Origin: Bradymonadia bacterium
GTDB taxonomy: Bacteria; Myxococcota_A; Bradymonadia; UBA7976; UBA1532
Direction of reading: 5' to 3'
Length of the DNA: 64,000 nt
NCBI GenBank assembly: GCA_046290225.1
Contig: JBKAGE010000080.1
Location: 83,054 to 147,053 of the forward strand
In this document: piece after piece, positions 1 through 9,030 of the stretch
How positions within the stretch are numbered: position 1 is the first letter of the stretch
How the letters are laid out: the number at the start of each line of letters is the position of its first letter
The notes under the pieces: generated by a model
What the model was told of the DNA's origin: nothing
The model's database searches: none
What the model saw: the letters and a program-made list of their open reading frames with translations, nothing else
Translations under genes and position numbers: made by a program

Positions 1-290
1 GCGCCGAGTTCACCCAACGCATCAAAGACAATCCTCGGGGCTACATCGCTCAGCCGCTGGTGCAGCTGTCCACCTGCCCCACCTGGACCGATGAGGGCGT
101 CGCCCCCCGGCGGGTCGACTTGCGGCCCTTCATCGTCACCGGCAAGCACGGCAGCTATGTGCTCCCTGGCGGCCTCACCCGGGTGGCTCTGGAGGCGGGA
201 TCCTATGTCGTGAACTCCAGCCAAGGGGGCGGCTCAAAGGACACCTGGGTCCTCGACGAGTCACCCGCACATACAGGAGACCGCTCATGA
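1..290 (+). CDS. Circularly permuted ATP-grasp type 2 protein (C-terminal part; truncated by window edge)
   Basis: Frame open from base 3 ([18 protein letters not shown]...). Carries the family signatures [17 protein letters not shown] and [15 protein letters not shown]. Stop overlaps the next ATG (ATGA). Confidence 0.9.
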   Translation, partial: AEFTQRIKDNPRGYIAQPLVQLSTCPTWTDEGVAPRRVDLRPFIVTGKHGSYVLPGGLTRVALEAGSYVVNSSQGGGSKDTWVLDESPAHTGDRS

Positions 291-1297
291 TCTCCCGCGT
301 CGCCGAGCACTGTGTGTGGCTGATGCGCCACGTGGAGCGGGCCGAGAGCGCCGCCCGCATGTTGATGGTGAACCGCGCCCTGGTCCCCGGTGAAGGGGCG
401 CTGGCCCCAGCCCGCTGGCACCCTCTGGTCATCGCCGCCGGCGAAGAAGACAACTTCATCGACCGGTTCTCCCGGGCAGCCCTCAACGACGGCGAGCAGG
501 TGCAGGCCTACCTCACCTGGGACAAGCAGTGCGCCGTGAGCCTGCGCAGCGCCATCTTCTGGGCCCGGGAGAACGCCCGGCACATCAGGGAGACCCTCAC
601 CCTGGAGATGTGGGAGAGCCTCAACGTGATGTGGCTCTGGCTCACCGAAGGCGAAGCCCGAGCGCTCTACGACGCCGAGCGGCACCGCATGTACGAGCAG
701 GTCCGCGAGGGCTGCCAGCAGTTCCACGGCGCCCTCGACGGCACCCTGCCCCGGACCACGGCCTACCAGTTCATGCAGCTGGGCAAGTGGCTCGAGCGCG
801 GCGGCCAGACCGCGCGCCTGCTCGACGTGCATCACTATGTGCTGCACCGGGACGATGGCCTGCCCCCTTCTCCCCTTGAGGCAGCGAAGTGGCAAGCGGT
901 CTTGCGCAGCTGCTCCGCCCACGACGCGTTGCTCAAGGTCAGCCGCAAGCCGTTCTCGGGACGCTCCATCGCCCAGTTCCTGATGCTCGATCCGCACTTT
1001 CCCCGTTCGATCCGGTACTGCCTCGAGCGGGCCCTCGAGACCCTCAAGGGCATTCACCCCGAAGAGGGGCCCCACCTCGGCGCCAGCACCCGACAGCGGC
1101 TCGGCACCCTCGTGGGCGATCTCACCGGTCGATCCATCGACGAGCACCTCGATCGTGGGCTGCAGCACAGTCTCACCGACATCATCGACCGCACGGCGAT
1201 GGTGTTCAGCGCCGTGCAACAGGACTACTTCGAGCCCCCCATCGACTTGAGCACCCCCCTGCCCCCTGTGCCCACCCCCCTCGCCGACCTGCAGTAG
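287..1297 (+). CDS. Alpha-E domain protein (DUF403 family)
   Basis: [52 protein letters not shown] motifs; usual partner of the permuted ATP-grasp. Confidence 0.88.
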   Translation: MISRVAEHCVWLMRHVERAESAARMLMVNRALVPGEGALAPARWHPLVIAAGEEDNFIDRFSRAALNDGEQVQAYLTWDKQCAVSLRSAIFWARENARHIRETLTLEMWESLNVMWLWLTEGEARALYDAERHRMYEQVREGCQQFHGALDGTLPRTTAYQFMQLGKWLERGGQTARLLDVHHYVLHRDDGLPPSPLEAAKWQAVLRSCSAHDALLKVSRKPFSGRSIAQFLMLDPHFPRSIRYCLERALETLKGIHPEEGPHLGASTRQRLGTLVGDLTGRSIDEHLDRGLQHSLTDIIDRTAMVFSAVQQDYFEPPIDLSTPLPPVPTPLADLQ

Positions 1298-1305
1298 AGC
1301 CATAC

Positions 1306-3132
1306 ATGAGTGAACTCCTGGTGCTGTCCTTCGACAGCCTCGCCTCCCCCGTGATCCATCTGAAGGGCATCGACCCTGATCGACAGCAGCGGCAGCCCTA
1401 TGGCTGGGGCATGGCCTGGTACCCTTCTGGGGACAACGCCGCCATGGTGATCAAAGATCCGACGTCGATCGGCCGCAACGCCATGACGCAGGTGCTCACC
1501 GAGTGGCGCCGCTTCAGCTCGTGCACCTTTGTGGCCCACATCATCGGGGCCGCCAAGCGCCGATCTCAGCAGGACACGCACCCCTTCGTGCGGGCCTACG
1601 CTGGCCGCTCCTGGATCATGACCCACAACGGTGATCTCACTGACGATTACGCCAAGGGGCTGCCCCTCGATGACGGGCCCCTGTTCCACCCCCTCGGCCG
1701 CTCCGATTCGGAGCACGCCTTCTGCTGGCTGCTCCAGCGTATCCACTCTGTGGGGGCGAGGAACATCCAAGAGGCGGGGTTCGACCGGCTGCACCAGTGG
1801 TTCCAGGAGATCAACGCCCTGGGCACCGCCAACTTGGTGCTCTCCGACGGCCTCGACACCGTGGTGTACCGGGATCGACAGGGTTTCAACGGTCTGCACT
1901 GGATCAGGCGCACGCCGCCGCACCCAACAGCGGCCCTTGAGAGTCGTCTGATGTCGCTGAGCCTCGACGAGCCGCCGTACGAGAGCCGCACCAGCGTGGT
2001 CTTCAGCAGCGAGCCGCTCTCCGATGACGAGGGCTGGGCCGCCATGGGGCACGGGCAGATGATCGCCACCCGCCGAGGGGCCATCACCTGGGACACCGAG
2101 ATGCACGGGCGAGATCAAGAGCCTGCCGCCCCCGTGGTGGCCACGCCGAAGACGCAGCAACCCACGGAGATGCCCATGAGCGCCGAGAGCAACCGCGCCT
2201 CGAGTTCGGGTCGCCGCCGCCCCTCACCGGAGGCCGACGCCCCCAAGGTTCAGCAGGGCCCCACGAGCCGGATCCTCACCGTGGTGCACGAGACTGAGTA
2301 CGAATACGCCAAGCCCATCGAGCTGAGCCGGCATCTGTTGCGTCTGCAGCCTGTGCTTGACGAGCAACAGCAGGTGCTCGAGCACTCACTGCTCATCGAG
2401 CCCGAGTGCCTGCGCACCGACTTCGAAGATGTCTTCGGCAATCGGGCCACCCGGCTCGAAGTCGAGGGCTCGTACCATGAGATCAAGTTCGTGAGCACCT
2501 CGAAGGTGCGCCTCGTGGCCCCGAGCGATCTCAGTCAGGCTTATGGGCACCGGCGATCCACCATCCCGCTGGCCTGGATGCCCTGGCAGCGTGAGATGAT
2601 GCACCCCTACCTGCTGTCACCGGAGCTGCCGGAGACCCAGCTCGAGGAGCTGTGGCACTACGCCATGAGCTTCGTCGAGCGTCAGGAGTACGATCTCGTC
2701 GAGACGCTCTACGACATGAACACCACGCTCTATCAAGACTACGAGTACGTCCCCGGCTCCACCCAGCTCGAGACCACCCCCTTCGAGGTCTATGTGCAGC
2801 GGAAGGGGGTCTGCCAGGACTTCGCCAACCTGTTCATCTGCCTCGCCCGGCTGCTCAACATCCCCGCTCGATATCGGGTGGGCTACATCTTCACTGGGGC
2901 CGATTACGACAACAAGCTGCAGTCCGAGGCCTCTCACGCCTGGGCCGAGCTGTATCTGCCAGGCATCGGTTGGCGGGGCTTCGACCCCACCAACGGCTGC
3001 CTCGCGGGCCTCGATCACGTGCGGGTGGCCTGCGGCCGAAACTATGTAGACGCCACCCCCACATCGGGCACCATCTACCGCGGCGGGGGTGGAGAAGTGC
3101 TGCGAACCACCGTACGGGTCGAAGAAGCCTGA
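1306..3132 (+). CDS. Fusion: class II glutamine amidotransferase-like (Ntn) domain + bacterial transglutaminase-like domain
   Basis: Start taken at ATG 1306 (MSELLVLSFD), just after the alpha-E stop. N-half has GWGMAWY, THPF, HNGDL, DSEHAFC, SSEPL. C-half has HETEYEY, GVCQDFA, HAWAE, FDPTN (Cys-His-Asp triad). Confidence 0.85.
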   Translation: MSELLVLSFDSLASPVIHLKGIDPDRQQRQPYGWGMAWYPSGDNAAMVIKDPTSIGRNAMTQVLTEWRRFSSCTFVAHIIGAAKRRSQQDTHPFVRAYAGRSWIMTHNGDLTDDYAKGLPLDDGPLFHPLGRSDSEHAFCWLLQRIHSVGARNIQEAGFDRLHQWFQEINALGTANLVLSDGLDTVVYRDRQGFNGLHWIRRTPPHPTAALESRLMSLSLDEPPYESRTSVVFSSEPLSDDEGWAAMGHGQMIATRRGAITWDTEMHGRDQEPAAPVVATPKTQQPTEMPMSAESNRASSSGRRRPSPEADAPKVQQGPTSRILTVVHETEYEYAKPIELSRHLLRLQPVLDEQQQVLEHSLLIEPECLRTDFEDVFGNRATRLEVEGSYHEIKFVSTSKVRLVAPSDLSQAYGHRRSTIPLAWMPWQREMMHPYLLSPELPETQLEELWHYAMSFVERQEYDLVETLYDMNTTLYQDYEYVPGSTQLETTPFEVYVQRKGVCQDFANLFICLARLLNIPARYRVGYIFTGADYDNKLQSEASHAWAELYLPGIGWRGFDPTNGCLAGLDHVRVACGRNYVDATPTSGTIYRGGGGEVLRTTVRVEEA

Positions 3133-3314
3133 GACATCCGATACAGTCTCTCGGGTCAAAGGGTGGTCTGGCAGACGTGATTCGACCGCGTCGAAGGTGC
3201 TACCATGGCGTGGCCTCTCGGGAGGAGGCCTGAAGAGATGCCCAGATCAAGTCCACGGCGACGTCATCGTCCATACGATGTCGCCGTGACGACACACGGC
3301 GCGCACCAGGAGGC

Positions 3315-4076
3315 GTGATGATTCGAAGAGGTTGGTCCCTTGTGCTGGCGATGTTGTTCATGGTGCCAGCGCTCGGGTGGCTGTCTCCGGCCCATGGCCA
3401 GGGCAAGCAGTCGATGGAGGAATTGCGGGATCAGGGCATCCTCTACTACAAGCGCGACGTCTACCCTCAGGCGATGAACGTCCTCAACAAGGCCTACAAG
3501 GCCAAGGGCGGCAGCCAGGACTTCAAGACGGTCTATTACCGGGGTCGCACCGCACATCAGATGCTGCTGCTCGAGGTGGCCTTCGAGATGGCCGATCTCG
3601 CCCAGAAGCTCGCCGGCGACAACGAGCGGGCCAAGCAGCTCACCGTGGCCTTCGTCGAAGAGCTCAACAGCCTCTATGGCGCGGTGAACGTCAAGCTGGC
3701 CAAAGAAGAGACCAACACGCGGGGCCGGGTGTTCCTCGAGTCGAAGACCGGCATCATCAACCGCGAGAAGAAGAAGGTGTTCCTCTCCATCAGAGAGCGC
3801 TTCAGGAACACGAACATCGCCTTCCCCACGAAGATCTATCTGCCTTTCGGCGAGTACACCGCGAACAACATCCCCTTCAAGATCGCCAAGGGCGAGCCCG
3901 AGCCCACCGTCGAGGTCTTCCTGCAGATCAAAGACGTGGGCAAGGGCGGCCTGAGCGGCTGGTGGATCACCGGCATCGCCGGCGCCGCCACCATCGCCGC
4001 CGGCGTCGGAGCCTTCTTCTTGTTCCGGGACAACACCGAAACCGTCGACCGCGCCAACCTGGGTCTCAACCCCTGA
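3315..4076 (+). CDS. Secreted/membrane protein with TPR-like N-terminus and C-terminal transmembrane helix
   Basis: AGGAGG RBS upstream; signal-peptide-like N-terminus; helical segment (GILYY...A...LNKAY); hydrophobic WWITGIAGAATIAAGVGAFFLF near the C-terminus. Confidence 0.7.
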   Translation: MMIRRGWSLVLAMLFMVPALGWLSPAHGQGKQSMEELRDQGILYYKRDVYPQAMNVLNKAYKAKGGSQDFKTVYYRGRTAHQMLLLEVAFEMADLAQKLAGDNERAKQLTVAFVEELNSLYGAVNVKLAKEETNTRGRVFLESKTGIINREKKKVFLSIRERFRNTNIAFPTKIYLPFGEYTANNIPFKIAKGEPEPTVEVFLQIKDVGKGGLSGWWITGIAGAATIAAGVGAFFLFRDNTETVDRANLGLNP

Positions 4077-4093
4077 GAAAGGAGCCGTAGCTC

Positions 4094-7000
4094 ATGTTCC
4101 GTCGGCCATCACACCGCCGCTCGAGCCGGACCTCAGCCTGGGGTGCGCTGTGCATCGCCACCGCTGCCCTCATCGGTTGTGGCGAAGACATCGAATACAA
4201 CGATTACAACCTCACGCTCGACATGACCGCCTGCCTCGGGGCCACCCCGGGCGGCGAGAGCGCCGAAGAGGGTCCGTCGTGTCGAGCCCAGCTCGACCAG
4301 ACCGTCTCCGACTCTGCAGTGAACGCGTGCATGCTGCTGCGCAACGTCGAGGCGGATAAAATCGACTACATCCCCCTCTCGTGGCGCAAGGGGGCCGACG
4401 CTCAGAGCCCGGGCCGACTGGCCTTCGCCGACGGCGCCAACACCGCCATCGAGCTGTCGGTGGGTGCCGTCGTCGAGGCCGAGCTGTACTTCTTCCGCCA
4501 GGGCGTCGATGGCGCCCCGCTGTGCGTGAAGGGCGGCGGCCTCGAGATGAACGGCGAGTGCACCCCCGACTCCCCGTGCCTGCTCAAGCTCAAGCAGCCC
4601 CAGACCGCCATCGCCGGCGGTGAAGACGGCACTCAGTTCGACTTCGGTCGCCGCGGTGGTGACGGCCAGTGCATCACCGAGGGCTCGCTGATGCCCGCCG
4701 GTGACGGCGCCGTCGCCGAGATCTGCGACGGCCTCGACAACGACTGCGATCTGCAGGTCGACGAAGGCCAGCTGCCCCAGGTGGGCGACAACTGCCCTGA
4801 ATCCATCGCCGAAGACGGCACCACCCGCCAGGGCATCTGCGCCCCGGGCAACCTCATCTGCGAGGCGGGCGCCCTCATCTGTCGCAGCGAGACTCTGCCC
4901 AATGATCGCGAGCTTTGCGGCAACGGCATCGACGAAGACTGCGACGGCAACACCGACGAGTCCGATCCCCGCATCTTCTTCACCCCTCCGGGCACCGAAG
5001 ATCAGCTCATCATGGGCGAGGCCTGCCAGCTCGGTCTCGGGCAGTGTCTCACCGACGGCATGGTGGTGTGCGACGAGGAGAGCAGCGGCGCCGCCGTGCT
5101 CTGCAACGCCGCGCCTCCCCCTGGGGCAGAAGAGGTCTGTGACGCCCTCGACAACGACTGCGACGGTCGCATGGACGAGGATCTGCTCTACTCCGATCTC
5201 GACGTGAACGGGCAGCCCCTCAACCGCAACGTGCCCCTGGGCCGCGTGTGCACTCAGGGCCTCGGCGAGTGCGAGGCTCAGGGTACCGTGGTGTGCAACC
5301 CCGATGGCAACGGCGAGACCATGTGCAACGCCAACGTCATCGAGCCCATCGAAGAGATGTGCAACAACCTCGACGATGACTGCGATGGCCAGATCGACGA
5401 GACCTTCCCCCTGGGTCAGATGTGCCAAATCGGCAACGGTGAGTGCATCTCCCGCGGCGTGCTTGTCTGCACCCAAGATGGCGCCGGTACCGAATGTAAC
5501 GCGGTGCCGATCCTGCCCGGTGACAACCCGGAGCTCTGCGGTGACAACCTCGACAATGACTGTGATGGCATCGTCGACGAGTACCTGAACGGCCGCTTCG
5601 AAGACTTCCTCGGTGAAGAGTGCAGCGTGGGCACTGGCGCCTGCTTTGCTCAGGGCCAGGTGGTGTGCAACGCCGATCGCACCGATGTGGTCTGTGGCGC
5701 GGTCGCAGGTGAGCCGGCCCCCAACGACCAGAATTGCAACGGCGTTGACGACGACTGTGACGGTGTCAACGACGAGAACTACCCCGAGATCGCCCCTGAA
5801 GAAGACTGCGGTGTCGGCGCCTGTGCCGCCTCTGCCCGCTTCATCTGCGTCGCCGGTGAGGTGGTCAGCGCGTGCCGCAACGGCGAGCCTGCGCCCAACG
5901 ACGCGGTGTGCAACAGCATCGACGATGACTGCAACGGCGCCGTCGACGAAGACTTCCCCTTCACCAACACTACCTGCGGCGTCGGTGAGTGTGTCAGCGC
6001 CGGTACGCAGCTGTGCTCCGGTGGTCGGGTCATCGACACCTGTGTGCCCGGGCAGCCTGCGGTTGCTGATGCGACCTGTGATGGCCGTGACGATGACTGC
6101 GATGGCGTCACCGATGAAGACTTCGTCACGAACATCACCCAGTGTGGCGTGGGCGCCTGCGCTGCCGAGGGTCAGACCCGCTGCGTGAACGGCCGCGTCG
6201 AAGACACCTGCACCCCTGCCCCGCCGGCACCGAACGATGCAGTGTGTGACGGCGTGGACAGCGACTGCGACGCCCGCACCGACGAGCACTACCTCAGCCA
6301 GAACACCAACTGTGGTGTGGGCCAGTGCGCCGCCAACGGCCTCACCTTCTGCGTGAACGGCCAGGTACAGGACTCCTGCCTGCCCGGCCAGCCCGTGGGC
6401 AACGACGCCACCTGTGACGGCCGCGACGACGACTGCGACGGCACCAACGACGAGGCCTACGTGCGCCTCGACACGCAGTGTGGCATCGGCGAGTGCTTCC
6501 GTCTGGGTCGCACCCGCTGCACCAACGGCAGCGTCGTGGACTCCTGCACCCCTGCGGCTCCGGCGCAGAACGACGCCAGCTGCAACGGTGAAGACAACGA
6601 CTGCGATGGCCTCTTCGACGAGAACTTCACCAGCACGCCCACGGAGTGTGGTGTCGGTGAGTGCTTCAGCCGCGGCCAGACCGTGTGTCAGGGCGGTGTG
6701 CCCCTCGACACTTGCGCCGTGGGCCAGCCCGCCAACGATGACGCAGGCTGTAACGATCGCGACGATGACTGCGACGGTGAGATCGACGAAGACTTCGTGC
6801 GGTTCAACACCAACTGCGGCATCGGGGCCTGCGCCCGTCAGGGCTTCAGTCAGTGCGTCGACGGCAACATCGACCCTGCATGCTTCCCCGGCCAGCCTGA
6901 GGACGACGACGCCACCTGCGACGGCGTGGACGACGACTGTGACGGCCTCACCGACGAGGACTTCGAGCCTGTTCAGGTGAACTGTGGTCAGGGTGCCTGC

Positions 7001-8914
7001 GCCGCCACGGGCTTCACCACCTGCGTCGGCGGCAACGCGGGCGACACCTGCCGCGAGGACGATCCTGCAGCAGACGACACCACCTGTGACGGTGTAGACG
7101 ACGACTGCGACAACCGCCTCGACGAGGACTATGTGCAGACGCCCACCAGCTGTGGTCTGGGCATCTGCGCCGCCGTGGGTACCCTGCGCTGTGTGAACGG
7201 CTCCGAGCAGGACACCTGCCAGGCGGGTCAGGCGGAAGGCAACGACGCTACCTGTAACAACCAGGACGAAGACTGCGACGGCCGCTTCGATGAAGACTTC
7301 ATCGTCACTGCCACCAGTTGCGGCGTCGGTGAGTGTGCCGCCACGGGCCTGCGCCAGTGCAACAACGGCGTGGTGCAGAACACCTGTGCGCCGGGCCAGC
7401 CTGCGGCCAACGACAACACCTGTGACCTGCAGGATGACGACTGCGACGGCCTCAACGACGAGGACTTCCAGAGCCAGAACACCAACTGTGGTGTTGGCGA
7501 CTGCGCCCGAAATGGCCAGACGCTGTGCCTCAACGGCCAGGTCCAGGACTCCTGTACCCCCGGCAACCCCGCCCCCAACGACGCCACCTGTGACGGTGAC
7601 GACGATGACTGCGACGGCCTCATCGACGAGGACTTCGTGAACACCCCCACCAGCTGTGGGGTGGGCGAGTGCACCCGCGCCGGTCAGCTGACCTGCGTGA
7701 ACGGTCAGGTCCAGGACACCTGCACCCCCGGCAACCCCGTGGGCAGCGACAACAACTGTAATGGCGAAGACAACGACTGCGACGGCCTCATCGACGAGCG
7801 CTTCGGCCGCAACGTCAACTGTGGTGATGGCGCCTGTGCCGACTCCGGCGAGGAGATCTGCGTGAACGGCGAGGTGGTGAACACCTGCCGCGTGGGCGAT
7901 CCTGCACCAGACGACGCCACCTGTGACGGCGTCGACGATGACTGCGATGGCGCCACCGACGAGGACTTCAACGTCATCAACACCAACTGTGGCGTGGGTG
8001 CCTGCGCCGCCAACGGCCAGCGTATCTGCTCCAACGGCTCCATCGTCGACACCTGCACCCCAGGTCAGCCTGCACCGGACGACGCCACCTGCGACGGTGA
8101 CGACGACGACTGCGACGGCAACACCGACGAGAACTACGACGTCACGCCCACGAGCTGTGGTGTCGGTGAGTGCGCCGCCACCGGTCAGCTGGTGTGCATC
8201 GCCGGCGCCGAGACGGACAACTGCAACGAGGGCGCTCCCGTGGCGGAGCTGTGCAACGGCCTCGACGACGACTGTGACGGCAGCGTCGACGAGACCTTCG
8301 CCAACCTCGGCAACGCCTGCACCAACGGCTTCGGTGCCTGTGAGCAGGCTGGCGCCTTCGTCTGTAACGGCGATGGCAGCGGCACTGAGTGCAACGCCAT
8401 CCCTGGTGCCCCCGAAGCCGAAATCTGCGACGGCGTGGACAACGATTGCGACGACTCTGTCGACGAGAACAACCCCGGCGGTGGTGGCGGATGTACCGCC
8501 AACAACGCCGACGGCATTTGCCGCAACGGCACCAGCCTCTGTCAGGGTGGGGTGCTCATCTGCGCCCCCGGCACCCCCGAGGTCGAGGAGTGTAACGCCC
8601 TCGACGACGACTGCGACGGCGAGATCGACAACGTCGCCGGCGCGGGCAACAACTGCACCACCGGCTTCAACAACCAGTGTGCAGGCAAACTGGAGTGTGT
8701 CGGCGTCAACCTGCGCTGCGTGCCCACGAACCCCTCCGCCATCGACTACTGTGGCGACGGCATCGACAATGACTGTGACTCCACGGCCGACGATGGTGAG
8801 GGACAACCCTGCACCCCCGAAGCGGGGGCGCCGTGTGCCGAAGGTGTCAACGTCTGTAACGACCAGGGCGACGCCGACGTCACCAACAACGTGCTTGAGT
8901 GTCAGTGTCCCTGA
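4094..8914 (+). CDS. Giant Cys/Asp-rich lipoprotein with ~24 MopE-like (CxxxDxDCDGxxDE) putative metal-binding repeats
   Basis: AAGGAG RBS; lipobox LIGC; about 24 C-x(3-4)-D-x-D-C-[DN] units counted by eye, ~55 aa apart in the central region. Confidence 0.85.
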   Translation: MFRRPSHRRSSRTSAWGALCIATAALIGCGEDIEYNDYNLTLDMTACLGATPGGESAEEGPSCRAQLDQTVSDSAVNACMLLRNVEADKIDYIPLSWRKGADAQSPGRLAFADGANTAIELSVGAVVEAELYFFRQGVDGAPLCVKGGGLEMNGECTPDSPCLLKLKQPQTAIAGGEDGTQFDFGRRGGDGQCITEGSLMPAGDGAVAEICDGLDNDCDLQVDEGQLPQVGDNCPESIAEDGTTRQGICAPGNLICEAGALICRSETLPNDRELCGNGIDEDCDGNTDESDPRIFFTPPGTEDQLIMGEACQLGLGQCLTDGMVVCDEESSGAAVLCNAAPPPGAEEVCDALDNDCDGRMDEDLLYSDLDVNGQPLNRNVPLGRVCTQGLGECEAQGTVVCNPDGNGETMCNANVIEPIEEMCNNLDDDCDGQIDETFPLGQMCQIGNGECISRGVLVCTQDGAGTECNAVPILPGDNPELCGDNLDNDCDGIVDEYLNGRFEDFLGEECSVGTGACFAQGQVVCNADRTDVVCGAVAGEPAPNDQNCNGVDDDCDGVNDENYPEIAPEEDCGVGACAASARFICVAGEVVSACRNGEPAPNDAVCNSIDDDCNGAVDEDFPFTNTTCGVGECVSAGTQLCSGGRVIDTCVPGQPAVADATCDGRDDDCDGVTDEDFVTNITQCGVGACAAEGQTRCVNGRVEDTCTPAPPAPNDAVCDGVDSDCDARTDEHYLSQNTNCGVGQCAANGLTFCVNGQVQDSCLPGQPVGNDATCDGRDDDCDGTNDEAYVRLDTQCGIGECFRLGRTRCTNGSVVDSCTPAAPAQNDASCNGEDNDCDGLFDENFTSTPTECGVGECFSRGQTVCQGGVPLDTCAVGQPANDDAGCNDRDDDCDGEIDEDFVRFNTNCGIGACARQGFSQCVDGNIDPACFPGQPEDDDATCDGVDDDCDGLTDEDFEPVQVNCGQGACAATGFTTCVGGNAGDTCREDDPAADDTTCDGVDDDCDNRLDEDYVQTPTSCGLGICAAVGTLRCVNGSEQDTCQAGQAEGNDATCNNQDEDCDGRFDEDFIVTATSCGVGECAATGLRQCNNGVVQNTCAPGQPAANDNTCDLQDDDCDGLNDEDFQSQNTNCGVGDCARNGQTLCLNGQVQDSCTPGNPAPNDATCDGDDDDCDGLIDEDFVNTPTSCGVGECTRAGQLTCVNGQVQDTCTPGNPVGSDNNCNGEDNDCDGLIDERFGRNVNCGDGACADSGEEICVNGEVVNTCRVGDPAPDDATCDGVDDDCDGATDEDFNVINTNCGVGACAANGQRICSNGSIVDTCTPGQPAPDDATCDGDDDDCDGNTDENYDVTPTSCGVGECAATGQLVCIAGAETDNCNEGAPVAELCNGLDDDCDGSVDETFANLGNACTNGFGACEQAGAFVCNGDGSGTECNAIPGAPEAEICDGVDNDCDDSVDENNPGGGGGCTANNADGICRNGTSLCQGGVLICAPGTPEVEECNALDDDCDGEIDNVAGAGNNCTTGFNNQCAGKLECVGVNLRCVPTNPSAIDYCGDGIDNDCDSTADDGEGQPCTPEAGAPCAEGVNVCNDQGDADVTNNVLECQCP

Positions 8915-9030
8915 TCACAGTGAACGTGCTCACAGTGACCTGATCATCGGGGCCCTTCTCGCTCACACCTCGAACGTGAGGTGTGAGCGAGCCACAGCCC
9001 GCTCCCCGCTCTCACAGGATCCATCCTTCC

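Noticed and set aside
889..1305. N-terminal extension of the 747-aa ORF
   Set aside because: Overlaps the alpha-E gene and has shadow-like Arg/Pro-rich composition; the Ntn domain should start at ATG 1306.
4133..8806. 1557-aa minus-strand ORF (and similar long antisense ORFs at 8944-10605, 12401-14071, 23167-24804, 44443-46212)
   Set aside because: Antisense shadows of high-GC3 genes: no motifs, and fully overlapping well-supported CDSs.
8912..8946. TCACAGTGA direct repeat after the first MopE gene, with a similar word after the second (~11241)
   Set aside because: Too short to distinguish from chance without genome-wide statistics.
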